From an uncultured delta proteobacterium (GTDB lineage: Bacteria > Myxococcota_A > UBA9160 > UBA4427): a stretch of 64,000 nucleotides of DNA. The notes beneath the pieces were generated by a model that searched no databases, was not told the DNA's origin, and saw only the letters and a program-made list of their open reading frames with translations. Location of the stretch: NCBI GenBank assembly GCA_963822965.1, contig CAWGJT010000009.1:192001-256000 (forward strand), given 5' to 3'. Shown piece after piece: positions 27,349-38,649 of this stretch. A program made the position numbers and the translations under genes. Positions within the stretch are counted from its first letter, which is position 1. Each line of letters begins with the position of its first letter.

Positions 27349-29610
27349 TCAGGTGTGCCCCAGCTTCCCCTGCGCGGCTGCCACCAGCGCCTCGGCTCGA
27401 CCCGCTCCGCGGAAGCGGCGCGCGCGCTTGCCCAGCGCCAGGGCCTCCTCCCAGTCGTCCGACTGGGCGCTCTCCAGCAGCAGATCCCCGAGCTGCAGCG
27501 CCGCCTCGACGTCGGTGGGGTGCTCTCGCAGGAGCGTCTCCAGCTCGCTGCGCGCCTCGTCGGTGCGACCGAGCGACGCGAGCAGACGCGCGGCCTCCTT
27601 CCGGTAGGACGGCTCCGCGGCGTCGGCCTCGGCGGCGCGCCGGTAGGCGTCCACGGCGGTGGCCGCGTCGTTCCGGGAAACGGCCAGGCGCGCCAGCCCC
27701 GCCTGCGCTCGCGCCTCGTCCGTCGCCAGCGCGACCGCGCGCGCGTAGGCGGCCTGCACCTCGGCGGCCGGCGCCCCGCTTCGCTCGAGCAGCTCTCCTC
27801 GGATCGCGTGGAAGGCGGCCTCTTCCGGATGGGCAGCCAGGGCCGCGTCCACCCGGGCGCGGGCGTCCCCGACGTCGCCTGCCTCGAGCTGCAGCTCGAT
27901 CAGGGCCTCCAGGGCGTCGTCGAAGATCGGATTGGTGAGATCCAGTCCGCGCGCCTTCTCGATGAAGGCCGCCCCCGCCGCCGGGCCGTCGCGACGGCCG
28001 ACGCCGCGGCCGATCGCGGCCAGGGCACGGCCCGCCACCTTCGGCTCGCGCGAAAGGCGGGGAAGCAGCTCCAGCGCCACCTGCAGGTTGCCGGAGGCGA
28101 CCACGCCACGAAGGGCGGCCAGCTCCGCCTCCCAGTCCGGCTCGGCCTTCCCGGTCGCCTGGACGGCGATGATCCGGGCCGTCTGCAGATCGCCCTCGGC
28201 CAGCCGGATCTGCGCCAGGCGGAGCCGCGCGTCGGTCGCCGACGGGTCGACCCGGATCGCATAGCGGTACTCACCGATGGCGCGGTCGAAGTCGCCGATC
28301 TGCTCCGCCGCCCGGGCAGCCAGGTAGTGGGCGACGCTGTTGTCCGGCCACAAGGCGAGCCCCGCCTCGAAGCGTGCCAGCGCCTCCTTGGGCTTCTTGC
28401 GTTCGAGCAGGACGCGGCCGCGGATGAAGTCGCGCATGGGCGGCACCTCGATGCGATCGGCGACCTCGAGGGCGCGGTCGTAGCGACCGTCCAGGAGCAG
28501 CACCTCGGCGTACTCGAAGAACATGCCGGGCAGCGGATCGGGAGACAGCTCGATCACGTGGTCGAAGGCGGCGACCGCCTTGTCGGCCTCGTCCTGGCGC
28601 TGGTAGTGGCGGGAGAGGTCGGTCCAGGCCACCACGGCCTGCGCGGGGGGCAGATCCTCCAGCTGGGTCCCCTCGATCAGGAGCTGCTCGGCCTCGTCCA
28701 CCTTCCCCTCCAGCTCGAGGCGCTCGGCGAGGGCGTTGCGATAGAGGTTGGCCTCGGGCGCGGCCGCCAGGGTGTCGCGCAGGATCTCCATCGAGCGATC
28801 CGGACGCCCCTGCTCTTCGTAGAACTCGACCACGGCGCGCACCACCGAGTCGTCTCGCGGCATGTCCTCGAGACACTTCTCGAAGCGCTCGGTGGCGAGC
28901 TCGAGGTCGCCCTTCTCCTTGGCGAAAGTCGCTCGCGTCAGACAGAAGTGCGCCATCTGACCGGCGCCGAGCTCTTCCGTGCGGAAGCGCTCTTCCAGCT
29001 CTGCGAGCGCCTCGGCGGTCTCGTCGAGGCGCTTCAGTCCCAGCAGCGCGGCAGCACGGGGAACCAGGAAGCCGGGATTCTCGGGGTCGAGCTCGCGCAC
29101 CCGCTCGGCGTCGGCCAGGCCACCCTCGTAGTCCTGCCGGGTCTGGATCCGGGCCCGAGAGCGCAGGAGCAGGGCCTCGACGTTGTCCGGCTCCTTGGCG
29201 AGCACCTGATCGAGCACCTCGATGGCGGCCTCGTGGTTGCCCAGGGCCGTGAGGCTGGCCGCCAGGGGCAGACCGGCGCGCACGAGCCACTTCGGGTCCT
29301 CCATCGCGCGGCGCAGGGGCCAGTGGGCCAGGCTGTGCTGGGAGGTCTGGATCAGTGCGGTGCCGTACAGGAAGGCGAGCTCCGCCGAGTCGGGCTGCTC
29401 CCGGATCAGCTCGCGCAGCGGCTCGATGGATTCCTCGAAGCGGCCCTGCCGCTGCAGCTCGCGAACGTGCTCGACCGGATCGGACGGCCCGCACGCCGTC
29501 AGGGTCGAGACGGCCACCGCGAAGACGAGCAGCACCCGAACCGCAGGGCCGGAACGGCGATTCCGCGAGGGGTTCGGGAACGGAAGGCCGCGCTGCGTCG
29601 TCTGGTGCAT
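27349..29610 (-). CDS. Long TPR-repeat lipoprotein (cluster A)
   Basis: 753 aa; lipobox LTAC-G; serial TPR motifs (VLAKEPDNVEALLLR, ALWPDNSVAHYLAA). Confidence 0.9.
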   Translation of the reverse strand: MHQTTQRGLPFPNPSRNRRSGPAVRVLLVFAVAVSTLTACGPSDPVEHVRELQRQGRFEESIEPLRELIREQPDSAELAFLYGTALIQTSQHSLAHWPLRRAMEDPKWLVRAGLPLAASLTALGNHEAAIEVLDQVLAKEPDNVEALLLRSRARIQTRQDYEGGLADAERVRELDPENPGFLVPRAAALLGLKRLDETAEALAELEERFRTEELGAGQMAHFCLTRATFAKEKGDLELATERFEKCLEDMPRDDSVVRAVVEFYEEQGRPDRSMEILRDTLAAAPEANLYRNALAERLELEGKVDEAEQLLIEGTQLEDLPPAQAVVAWTDLSRHYQRQDEADKAVAAFDHVIELSPDPLPGMFFEYAEVLLLDGRYDRALEVADRIEVPPMRDFIRGRVLLERKKPKEALARFEAGLALWPDNSVAHYLAARAAEQIGDFDRAIGEYRYAIRVDPSATDARLRLAQIRLAEGDLQTARIIAVQATGKAEPDWEAELAALRGVVASGNLQVALELLPRLSREPKVAGRALAAIGRGVGRRDGPAAGAAFIEKARGLDLTNPIFDDALEALIELQLEAGDVGDARARVDAALAAHPEEAAFHAIRGELLERSGAPAAEVQAAYARAVALATDEARAQAGLARLAVSRNDAATAVDAYRRAAEADAAEPSYRKEAARLLASLGRTDEARSELETLLREHPTDVEAALQLGDLLLESAQSDDWEEALALGKRARRFRGAGRAEALVAAAQGKLGHT

Positions 29611-29793
29611 GGGAGGGGCGGAGAATAGCCCCCGACCCCCAACGCGCTAGCAGGGTTCTTCGGCATCCTGCTAGCAACCGGCAGGATGCCGGAGCCTGGT
29701 TCCCCCCAGCCCGGGCTCGCGCGGCAGCGCTCGGGACGAAGACGCCGCGGGGCGACCGGGCGGCTGCGTGAGAGGGGCTCTAGTATTGCCGCC

Positions 29794-31206
29794 GTGCCGC
29801 ACGTCCTGACCAAACGCTGGCCCTGGCTCCTGGCTGCCGCCGTCGTCCTGCTGCTGTGGGCCGCAACATTCGTGCAGGTGCACATCGGCAGCTACGACAC
29901 GCGCAAGGTGGGAGACGCCGACGACATCGAGGCGCTCGCCCGGCGCACCGACGTCAACGTCCTGTTCATCCTGATCGACACCCTGCGCGCCGACCACCTG
30001 AGCGGCTGGGGCTACGACCGCAAGACGAGCCCCGTGCTCGATCTGCTGGCCTCCCGGGGCGTGCGCTTCGCCCACCAGCTCTCCCAGTCCTCGTGGACCA
30101 AGGCGTCGATGGCCTCCCTGTGGACGGGCGTGTACCCGGCACGCACCGGAATCACGCGGTTCGAGCAGGTGCTGTCCGAGGACGCGACCCTGCCCGCGGA
30201 GATCTTCGCGGCCGCCGGCTACCGCACCACGGCCCTCTACCGGAACGGATGGGTCTCTCCCTACTTCGGCTTCGACCAGGGCTTCGAGTTCTACGAGCGT
30301 CCCGGAACGCGGCCCGTGCCACCGACGGTCATGCGCGAGAACCCCACGATCTCCAAGATGGGGACGGACGCGGACACCGTCGAGGATGCGATCGAGTTCC
30401 TGCGCATCCACCCGGACGAGCGGTGGCTGCTCTACCTGCACATGATGGACATCCACGAGTACGTCTACGACGACGAGCACGCGGTCTTCGGAAGCGCCTA
30501 CCCGGACATCTACGACAACGCCATCCTGCGGCTGAACACCGTGATCGACCACCTGCTCGTCTATCTGAGCGAGGAAGGGCTGCTCGACAAGACGGTGATC
30601 GCGATCGCCTCGGACCACGGAGAGGCCTTCGGGGAGCGCGGGCTCGAGGGCCACGCGCGCTTCGTCTTCAAGGAGACGACCGAGGTGCCGTTCCTGCTGA
30701 GCCTGCCCTTCCGCCTCGATCCGCCCGTGGTGCTCGAGCAGCGCACGCGCAACGTCGACATCTGGCCGACCCTGCTGGACCTGATGGGGCTTCCGGCGAT
30801 GGCCGGCACGGACGGCCATTCGCTCGTCCCGGCGATCCTCGCGGCGGCCCGGGGCGAGCCGCCGCCGGACGAGGAGCCCATCGCCCTGGCCCATCTGGAC
30901 CGCAACTGGGGCAAGCGGGGCGCCACCGTCTCTCCCACCGTGGCCGTGGTGGAGGGAAAGCTCCGCTACGTGTACACGCCTTCCCTGGACGGCAAGACCG
31001 CCCGCGAGCAGCTCTTCGACGCGGCGACCGACCCGAAGGAGCTCGTCGATCTCGCCGGGGATCGACCGGAGGACACCGCGCGTCTGGGCGCTCTCGCCCG
31101 CAGCTACCTCCAGGACTCCAAGCCCGGCTGGACCGAGGCCGAATCCCTCGAGATCGACGAGATCCAGCTCAACCAGCTGCGCGCCCTGGGCTACCAGGTG
31201 CCGTAG
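29794..31206 (+). CDS. Membrane-anchored sulfatase-fold (alkaline phosphatase superfamily) hydrolase/transferase (cluster A)
   Basis: N-terminal TM helix; IDTLRADHL, SSWTKASMASLWTG, SDHGE, C-terminal LRALGY. Confidence 0.9.
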   Translation: MPHVLTKRWPWLLAAAVVLLLWAATFVQVHIGSYDTRKVGDADDIEALARRTDVNVLFILIDTLRADHLSGWGYDRKTSPVLDLLASRGVRFAHQLSQSSWTKASMASLWTGVYPARTGITRFEQVLSEDATLPAEIFAAAGYRTTALYRNGWVSPYFGFDQGFEFYERPGTRPVPPTVMRENPTISKMGTDADTVEDAIEFLRIHPDERWLLYLHMMDIHEYVYDDEHAVFGSAYPDIYDNAILRLNTVIDHLLVYLSEEGLLDKTVIAIASDHGEAFGERGLEGHARFVFKETTEVPFLLSLPFRLDPPVVLEQRTRNVDIWPTLLDLMGLPAMAGTDGHSLVPAILAAARGEPPPDEEPIALAHLDRNWGKRGATVSPTVAVVEGKLRYVYTPSLDGKTAREQLFDAATDPKELVDLAGDRPEDTARLGALARSYLQDSKPGWTEAESLEIDEIQLNQLRALGYQVP

Positions 31207-31233
31207 GCCGCACCCCGGGCGACCCCGCCTGCG

Positions 31234-33989
31234 TCAGTACTTGAAGGACAGGCTCATCCCGTAGGTGCGGGGCTGGCCGACGAAGTTCACGATCACCGAC
31301 GAGAAGCGCGACGCGTCGAACGCGTAGGTCTTGTAGATGGTGTTCTCGAGGTTCCGCACCCAGCCCGCGAGCTCGACGTGGCCGTCGGGCGTCTGGTAGG
31401 CGAGCCGCAGGTTGTGGAGCCAGAACGCGCGCTGGCCCAGCGCATACTCGGGAAGCGTGAGGCCCGTCGTGGAGTTCGGGATGCCGCGCCCCGCCGTGGG
31501 ATCGAAGTAGATGTCGTCGGTCCAGGTTCCGTCGTAGCGCGGGATCACCCTGCCGTAGCGACCGAAGTCCAGGGGCCACTGCACGCTCAGGTTGACCTTC
31601 CACTCGGGCGAGTTGATGAGCGGGTTGCCGCTGAAGTCGACGGTCTCCTGTATGGGCGTGACCATGTCGATGATCTGGATCTTGGTCTGGGTGAAGTCCA
31701 GGAACTGGCTTCGGAGCCAGCCCACTCGCGCCTGGATCTCCAGCCCGTCGAAGAGGTCGTCCACCAGATCCTCGATGGGCTTCACCTTCACGTCCAGCTC
31801 GGCTCCCAGCACCTCGGCGTCGTTGGCGTTGACGATCTGCAGCAGCGGGGGCGCGCCGAGGTTGTTCTCGAACAGGAAGACCTGGTAGTTCTCGTAGCGG
31901 TAGTAGAAGAAGTTCGCCTGGGCCTGGACGCGTGCGTCCAGGAAGCTCCCCTTCACGCCCGTCTCCGTCGCCGTGATGGTCTCGGGCTCGGCGGGCTTGA
32001 TGGCCTGCAGCAGGTTGGCGGAGCCGTTGAAGTGACCGCCCTTCCAGCCTCGGCTCACCTTGGTGAAGGCCGACACCTCGGGGGTGAAGCGGTAGGTCAG
32101 GACGATGGTGCCCGTGGGCGCGTCCCAGATGCGGTCGTCCTGCTGGGTTCGGGAGTTCGGTTGGCCCGTCGCGGGGTTCAGCCCGCGCATCAGGGTGAAG
32201 TCGAAGGTCTTCTCCTCCCAGTTGTAGCGACCGCCGACCTCCAGCGTGAAGTCGTCCAGGAAGTCCCAGCTGAAGCCCGTGTAGATGCCGAAGCTCCAGA
32301 GCTTCTGGGTCCACACCTGGTTGGCCGTCGACGTGCCGCCGAGGAAGAAGATCTGATCGGTGTTCGAGTGCACCTCCTCCATCAGGTAGTAGGCGCCGGT
32401 GTTCCAGCGGAACGCCTCGTCCGCGAGGGTTCCTTTCAGCCGGAGGTCCTGGCTGAACTGCCAGGCGTCGTCCTTGATGATGGCCTCGAAGAGCGGCAGG
32501 GCCGTGAAGTCCTGGTCCGTGTCCCGGTGCTGCTCGTATTCGTCGTAGGCGGAGATGGTGGTGAAGTCGAGGTCACCGAGCTTCATGTCGCCTCGGAGCA
32601 GCGTGCCGAAGATGTCCAGCTTCGTCTGCCCCACGCGATCGTAGTCGCCGCGATAGGGGCGGATGTCCAGGTTGCGCGCCAGCTCCCGGCCCACCTTGAC
32701 CTTGGCGTCCGCGAGCGACAGGCCCTGGGCGATCAGACGGTCCTCCATCTCGACGATATCCGGATCGCGGTAGTTGCCCTGCGTGCGTCCACCGAAGCCT
32801 CCCACCACGCCGATGGCCTGACCGAGGGTGGACTGCTGGTCGAGGCGGCTGCCGTGCAGGTTGAAGAGCCAGTCCATGTCCGTGTCCGTCGGCTGGAAGC
32901 GGATCGCCCCGCGCGCCGCCCAGTTGTTCTGGTCGTTCACCTTGTTGGGCTTCACGGGATCGACGACCGTGAGCTGCAGCTTGTTCGGGGGCGGGGTGGG
33001 GTTGTCTGGCCTGTAGGGAAAGGACTCGATGCCGCAGACGGGAACCTTGTCCCACGGAACCGGGTCGGCCTGGCGTTCGGCCTGGGTCGGCACGTAGGCG
33101 GTGGAGCAGCCGTTCTTGGCGTACGGATCCTGTTGCTTGAAGCGGAACGCGAAGCGCGTGGACAGAACCTCGTCGACGATCGGGATCTGCACCGCGCCCT
33201 CGAAGTCGCGCGAGGCGAAGCCCGCGCCGGGGTGGGTGTCCTCCGCCGAGTCGCCGAGATCGACGCGCAGGACCGCTTCGAAGCTGTTGCCGGGCCGCTT
33301 CGAGCGGATCTTGATGGCGCCCGGCGGACGCATTGCGTCCGGCGCCGCTTCCCTGGGGCCCGCGCAGGACCTCGACGGATTCGACGTCGAAGAGCTGGCC
33401 GAGCTGCAGAGCCGGCGAGTTCATCGCCACGTCGTCCTGGTAGATGGCGACGGCGCCGGCGGCATTGGCGTTGAAGTCGCTGAGCCCGACGCCGCGGATG
33501 AAGAAGGTGGCGGTGGTCGCGCCCGAGGTACGGATCTCGACGTTCGGGCGTCACCTTGGCGAGATCGCCCACGTTCTGGGCTCCGAGCGCCGCGATGGCC
33601 GCGGGATCGAACTGCGTGACCGAGCTCGGCACCTCCGCCTCGATGGCGGTCACGGTCTTGCCCTTGATGCGGATCACCTCCACGCCCTTCGGGACGCGTG
33701 GTCGGGATGGCGGATTCCTTCTCGCCGGCTCGCCTCGCCGCTCACATCCTCGGATTGCGATTCAGAATCGGATTCGGACAGCGTGCTGCGGTCCGGCTCG
33801 GCGGGCGCGTCGTCTGAACGCGCTCGCGGGCTCGCCGGACGCATCTGCCTGCGCCCAGGCTCCTCGGGGCATCCCGCCGATGCCGGCCAGCAGGAAGACG
33901 GCGATCGCCATCGCCAGCATGGGCGCTCGAGCCGTCCACCGGGCGGATTCGATGCGGATCGGCGGTCGGGAGGGGTGGGCACCGGGCAT
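31234..33989 (-). CDS. TonB-dependent receptor (cluster A), frameshifted in the 5' third
   Basis: Signal ..GAWAQ; TonB-box-like EVIRIKG; plug FFIRGVGL.DFNAN..AIYQDDV and VEVLRGPQG; barrel ending WVRNLEN...QPRTYGMSLSFKY. Indels at ~33330-33800. Confidence 0.9.
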
Positions 33990-34227
33990 GGCAGCACCGG
34001 CGATGGTTACGCTAGGACTATCTCGAAGTCAACGATCTCACAAGGGGTCGTTGGACCTCCAATTCCAACGGGGTGCCCTCGAACGGGCCTTCGAGAAGAA
34101 GCCCGACGGAACGTCTGACGCGACGTTCCATACGACGCCACGACGCCCGGCACGAAGCCCGGTGCTTCGCAGACACGAGGGCACCCGAGCGCCATCCGAT
34201 GCACCGAAGCGGGGTAGTCCGGAGCCC

Positions 34228-35124
34228 ATGACGGAACACGAGCGGCAAGGACGGTCCGCCGTGTTCGTGTGCGGCGCTGCGTGTCGCACTGGCGACTCCG
34301 CGACCTCGTCGCGAGCACGCGCCCGCTGCAGAAGGAAAGCCCAACGAGGGCGTCGATCGCTGGGTTCCGGAGCTGGGCATCTCGAGTGGCATCGTCGTCT
34401 ATACGGGCGCGGCGGGGATCACAGCAAGTTCCAGAACGGCACCACCGAGGTGCGGCCCCCTACGACGGGGCGGCAGACCATGGTGGCGCCGCTGATCGGC
34501 GGCGATCTCGGGCCTGATGACCCCGGGCTTCTCGTCGCTGCCCGGCAAGCCGCGCTTCTTCGTTCGCGGCGGCGCTGCCTGGAGCTTCGCCAGTCCGAGC
34601 AGGACATCGCGAAGGAGGGAAGTCCCAAGAAGCTCGACACGGAGAACCCGCCGTCGGACGCCAACCTGATCGACGGACAGGGCAGCCCGTGGGCGTCGAG
34701 CTGAAGAGTCCGGTCTTCGACGCCGGCGCGGGCGCGGCCTTCGAGTTCGACGCGTGCGGGCCGGACCCTGCGCCTGCGCACCTCCGTCGAGTACATGCGC
34801 CAGCGCCTCAAGGTGCGCGGGAAGGTGGAGGAGGCGCGCAGCATTTTCGGCCTGCCCTTCGTTCATCGAAATTCGCGAGACGGAGACCGAAGAACTTCGA
34901 CGCGACTCGGCCCCGGGATCGAGCTCGAGCTCGACACCATGCGATACGGTCCGTTGATGACCTCGATCTTCGCCGACGGTCGCGCCTACCACTACCTCGG
35001 CAATCGCAAGATCGATCTCTCCGGGACCGGAGACCTCAACACCACGGCGAACTTCAAGTACAAGCTCGACCCCTGGAGCTACCAGGCCCACGTCGGCTTC
35101 CGTATCCGCTGGCAGCCTCTCTAG
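34228..35124 (+). CDS. Putative outer-membrane beta-barrel protein (cluster A), frameshifted; paralog of 53039-54133
   Basis: Pieces PGKPRFFV, DIAKEGSP, LGPGIELELD, C-terminal DPWSYQAHVGFRIRWQPL match the cluster B protein. Start is tentative. Confidence 0.7.
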
Positions 35125-35137
35125 GCCTGCCACGGCC

Positions 35138-37268
35138 ATGCCGCTCTCGCGACCGATCGCCCGTGCGCTCGAGGCAGGCGCGCAGGCGGCGGCGGGTGGC
35201 GTCTGCCTGCTCACGCTCGTGGCGGCGGGACAACCCCTCTTCACGGAAGACCTGTGGTGGCACCTGGCGCTCGGCGAGGCCTACGCGAAGCAGGGTCCCT
35301 GGCTGGACGCCGACCCGCTCCTCTTCACGGCCGCCGGACCGCCCGCACCGGCGGCCTGGCTGGCCGACCTGGGCTCCTTCGCGACCCTCCACGTCTTCGG
35401 CTTCACGGGCCTGCGCGTGCTCCACGTGCTGCTCGTCACGGGCATCCTGGCGCTCTGCTGGTCGCTTCTGCGCCGCGCGAGCGGCTCGCGCTTCGTCGCG
35501 AGCTCCGCCACCGCGGTCTTCGCGGCCGTCTCCGCCTACCGGCTGGCGCAGCTGCGCCCGCATCTGCTGACGATCCTGGCGACACTCGTCCTGTACCGGC
35601 TGCTGATCGAACGCCGGGGCCCACCCCGGGCTCGCGCCGTGGCGGCCGCGGTGGTGCTGCTCGCCGTCTGGGCCAACGTGCACAGCGGCTTCGTGGCGGG
35701 GCTCGCGTTGCTGGCCGGCGCCACCGGCGCCGCGCTCGTGTTCGCGGGTCTCGCCCCGGCCGCGCACCGGACGGAGCAGCGCCGGCGGGCCGCGCTGCTG
35801 GCGGTCGCGGCTCTCGCTCGGCTTCCTCGCGACGGCGCTCAACCCTCGCGGCTTCGACCAGCACCTGGCCTACGTGAGAGCCGGCGCCGAGACGCCGGCC
35901 CTCGAGATCGTGATCGACGAATGGAAGGGACTCGACCTGCTCTCCCTCCCCGTCACGACCCTGCCGCCGAGCCCGCTCTCCTGGCTTCTCCTGTGGGGGC
36001 TCTTCGTGGCGACCCCGGTCGCCGCCTTCGCCGAGCTGCGCCGCCTCGGCTCGTCCGCCGACGCGGCGTCGTCCGGCGAGCCCGAGCTCGTCGCCCTGGC
36101 GCTGGGATCGCTCGTCGGCATGAGCATCGCGGTCCGCTTCACGTGGCTCGCGATCTTTCCCCTCCTGCTCGTGGCACGGGCGCTGGCCGCCCGTCGCGGG
36201 ACGCTGGTGCCGCCCCTGCGTCTGGGAGCGCGCGCTTGCGCGCTGCTGCTCCTGCCGGGCTTCTTCCTCTGGGGATCCTGGCCGATGCTCTCGCGCGGCA
36301 TCACGCTGGACGGCTACGCGCGGCCCTATCCGTCCTCGAAGTACTACGCGAACACCGTCTGGGCGATGTCCGACGCGGGTCTCGAGGGAAACCTCTTCAA
36401 CGAGTACGTGATCGGGGGCTTCCTCGGCTTCTGGCTCGCGCCGGAGCTGCGGACCTTCGTGAACGGCAGCCTCAACGTTCCTCTCGAGGCGATGGACGCC
36501 AACCGCGCCATTCGCGAGCGCCGCGGGCAGCTCCCCGGCGAGAGCTTCCTCGAGCTTCTCGACCGCTACCGGGTGGACGTCTTCTTCGGCGTCGGCTCGC
36601 CGGTGCTGCGCGATACGGCGCGCCCCGTCTCCTATTCGACGACCCTGCTCGAGCGCAGCGAAGGCTGGATTCTCGTCTTTCGCGACTACCGCAGCGCCGT
36701 CTACCTGCGCACCAATGCGCGCAACCGCGAGAACCTGGACCGCGTGGCCGCCTTCTACACGCGGAACGGCGTTCCCTTCGACCGGGAGCAGGGCCTGGAT
36801 CTGCGCCGGACGATCCAGACCGCCTTGCCGTGGGCCGTGAAGAACGGCGTCGTCGGATTCGACCTCGCCGCGCTGCTGGAGGCATCCACCGGCTTCGAGC
36901 CGGTGGGACGCGACACCGCCTGGGAGCAGCTCGCACGCCGCTACGCGGCTCTCGGGCTCTACGAGGACGCGATCCGGGCCGATCGGCGGCTGCTGCGGTC
37001 GCGTCCCGACGACGTGGGCGCCCACCGCCGCATCGTCTGGTGCCTGCTGCATCTCGGACGACTACAGGAGGCGAACGAGGCCGCGGAGGATCTCGCCGCG
37101 GATCCCTTCTCGAGCCTGCTCCGGCGAGCCGCCGAGGCGGCCGCGGCGTCGGACGACGACGAGTCCGTCCTGGCCCTGGTAGCGAGGCTGCCGATCCTGA
37201 GCGAGCGGGAGCTCGCGAACATCGCGATCCGCACCGTGAGCCCGGAGGTGCGTCGGAGCCGCCGCTGA
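35138..37268 (+). CDS. Polytopic membrane protein with D-x-W-W-H-L motif (GT-C-like) plus periplasmic/TPR-like tail (cluster A); frameshift near 35820
   Basis: TEDLWWHLALG, LRPHL, WANVHSGF, then in the next frame IDEW and LFNEYVIGGFLGFWLAP..FVNGSLN. Confidence 0.8.
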
Positions 37269-37323
37269 GCCGGTGGGCTCTGCGGCGGCCGCTCGGGGTT
37301 GCCGCCGCGCCGCGGGTGGAGCC

Positions 37324-38646
37324 TCAGCTGGACTGCAGCTCGCGCTCGATGTGGGTGAGCCAGGTGTCGGCTTCGCTGCGCGTGGCGTCGAACTCGCGCG
37401 CCCGGCGGAAGGCCGTCAGCGCCTGCTGGGGCTGGCGGCGGCTGTAGCGCGCGATCCCCATCAGGAGGTGGGCGTCGCCGGGCTTCGTGAGGTCTCCCTT
37501 CTCGAGCCCGTGCTGCAGGGCCTCGATGGCCTCCCCCCACTTCTCCCGCTGGATCTCGACCTGGGCGAGCCGCACGTAGAGGTCCCCGTTGTCGGCGAGA
37601 CGGGCGGCGATCTCCAGCGGCTCCACGGCCCGATCGAACTCGCGGGCGGCGATCCAGCTGTTGCTCAGCTGCTCGTAGACGTCCGGCTTCTTCTCGATGG
37701 TCCCGTCCTCGATGCCCTTGGAGATGACCTGGGCGGCGCGGTACGGCAGGTCGAGGTAGAGCAGCAGCTGCGAGAGCCGCCGCAGCTCGCCGTCCGTGTC
37801 CAGCAGTCCCTGCTCGTAGGCGAGCTGCAGGGGAACGAGCGCCTCCTCGAAGTCGCCCATGGCGCCGTGCACCGTCGAGAGCTGGATCCAGTAGTCCTTC
37901 TTCGGGAAGCGCCGGACGAGCTCCTCGATGATCGGCACCGCCTTCGGGTAGTCCTTGCGCACCAGGCGGATGGCGAGCAGCAGCTGGAGCCACGACTCCT
38001 GGGGCTCGTCGGAGAGCTCCACCGCCTTGGTGGCCGGTCCCAACGCCGCGTCGAGGTCCTCCATCTGGTAGTAGGCGATGGCGAGCAGGTAGTAGGCCGC
38101 GGAATTGGGCTGGTCGACCATGTCGAACCAGAGCCGGAGATTCGAGACGACGGCCGGCCAGTCCTCCAGCGAGAGCTCGAGCTGCGCGATCTGGAAGCGC
38201 AGGTCCTGCAGGGTGGACTCGGGGAAGGCGTTCTCGCCGATGGCCTTCTCGAGGTAGCCCACGGCCGCCGGCACGTCGCCCTCGCCGTAGGCGATGTACG
38301 CGTAGGCCCGGTAGGCCATGGATCGCTCGAGGGGATTCAGGGCCGCGAGGCGCAGGTGCGAGAGCGCCTCGCGGGCGGCCGCGTAGTCCTCGTCGGCGAG
38401 GGCCGTGTGGGCGTCGTTGACGTGCCGGGTGGTGCGCTCGCCGACCTCGTACTCGATCTCGCCGCCTCGGCGGAGCCAGCCCTCGCCGGTCGCCCCCTCC
38501 TTCTCGCCCTCGCCGGACTTCGCGGATTCTTCCGCATCCGCCTTCGCCGGCTTCTTGCCCCAGGTGCTGTCCTTGGCGTACACCGCGGCCGGCTGCGCCA
38601 CGAGGGCCAGCAGGAACGCAACGGAAGCCAGGAGAGAGAGCCGCAC
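37324..38646 (-). CDS. Periplasmic TPR protein (TtpD-like), last gene of TonB operon A
   Basis: Signal ..AVYA; TPRs; RFPKKDYWIQLS. Position after tonB as in TtpC-TonB2 operons. Confidence 0.85.
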   Translation of the reverse strand: MRLSLLASVAFLLALVAQPAAVYAKDSTWGKKPAKADAEESAKSGEGEKEGATGEGWLRRGGEIEYEVGERTTRHVNDAHTALADEDYAAAREALSHLRLAALNPLERSMAYRAYAYIAYGEGDVPAAVGYLEKAIGENAFPESTLQDLRFQIAQLELSLEDWPAVVSNLRLWFDMVDQPNSAAYYLLAIAYYQMEDLDAALGPATKAVELSDEPQESWLQLLLAIRLVRKDYPKAVPIIEELVRRFPKKDYWIQLSTVHGAMGDFEEALVPLQLAYEQGLLDTDGELRRLSQLLLYLDLPYRAAQVISKGIEDGTIEKKPDVYEQLSNSWIAAREFDRAVEPLEIAARLADNGDLYVRLAQVEIQREKWGEAIEALQHGLEKGDLTKPGDAHLLMGIARYSRRQPQQALTAFRRAREFDATRSEADTWLTHIERELQSS

Positions 38647-38649
38647 GAA

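Noticed and set aside
29661..29676. Sigma-54 promoter for sulfatase-fold gene A (CGGCATCCTGCTAGCA)
   Set aside because: GG-N10-GC spacing holds but the -12 is TAGC, no enhancer boxes were seen, cluster B has no equivalent, and a TANNNT box at the start codon explains expression better.
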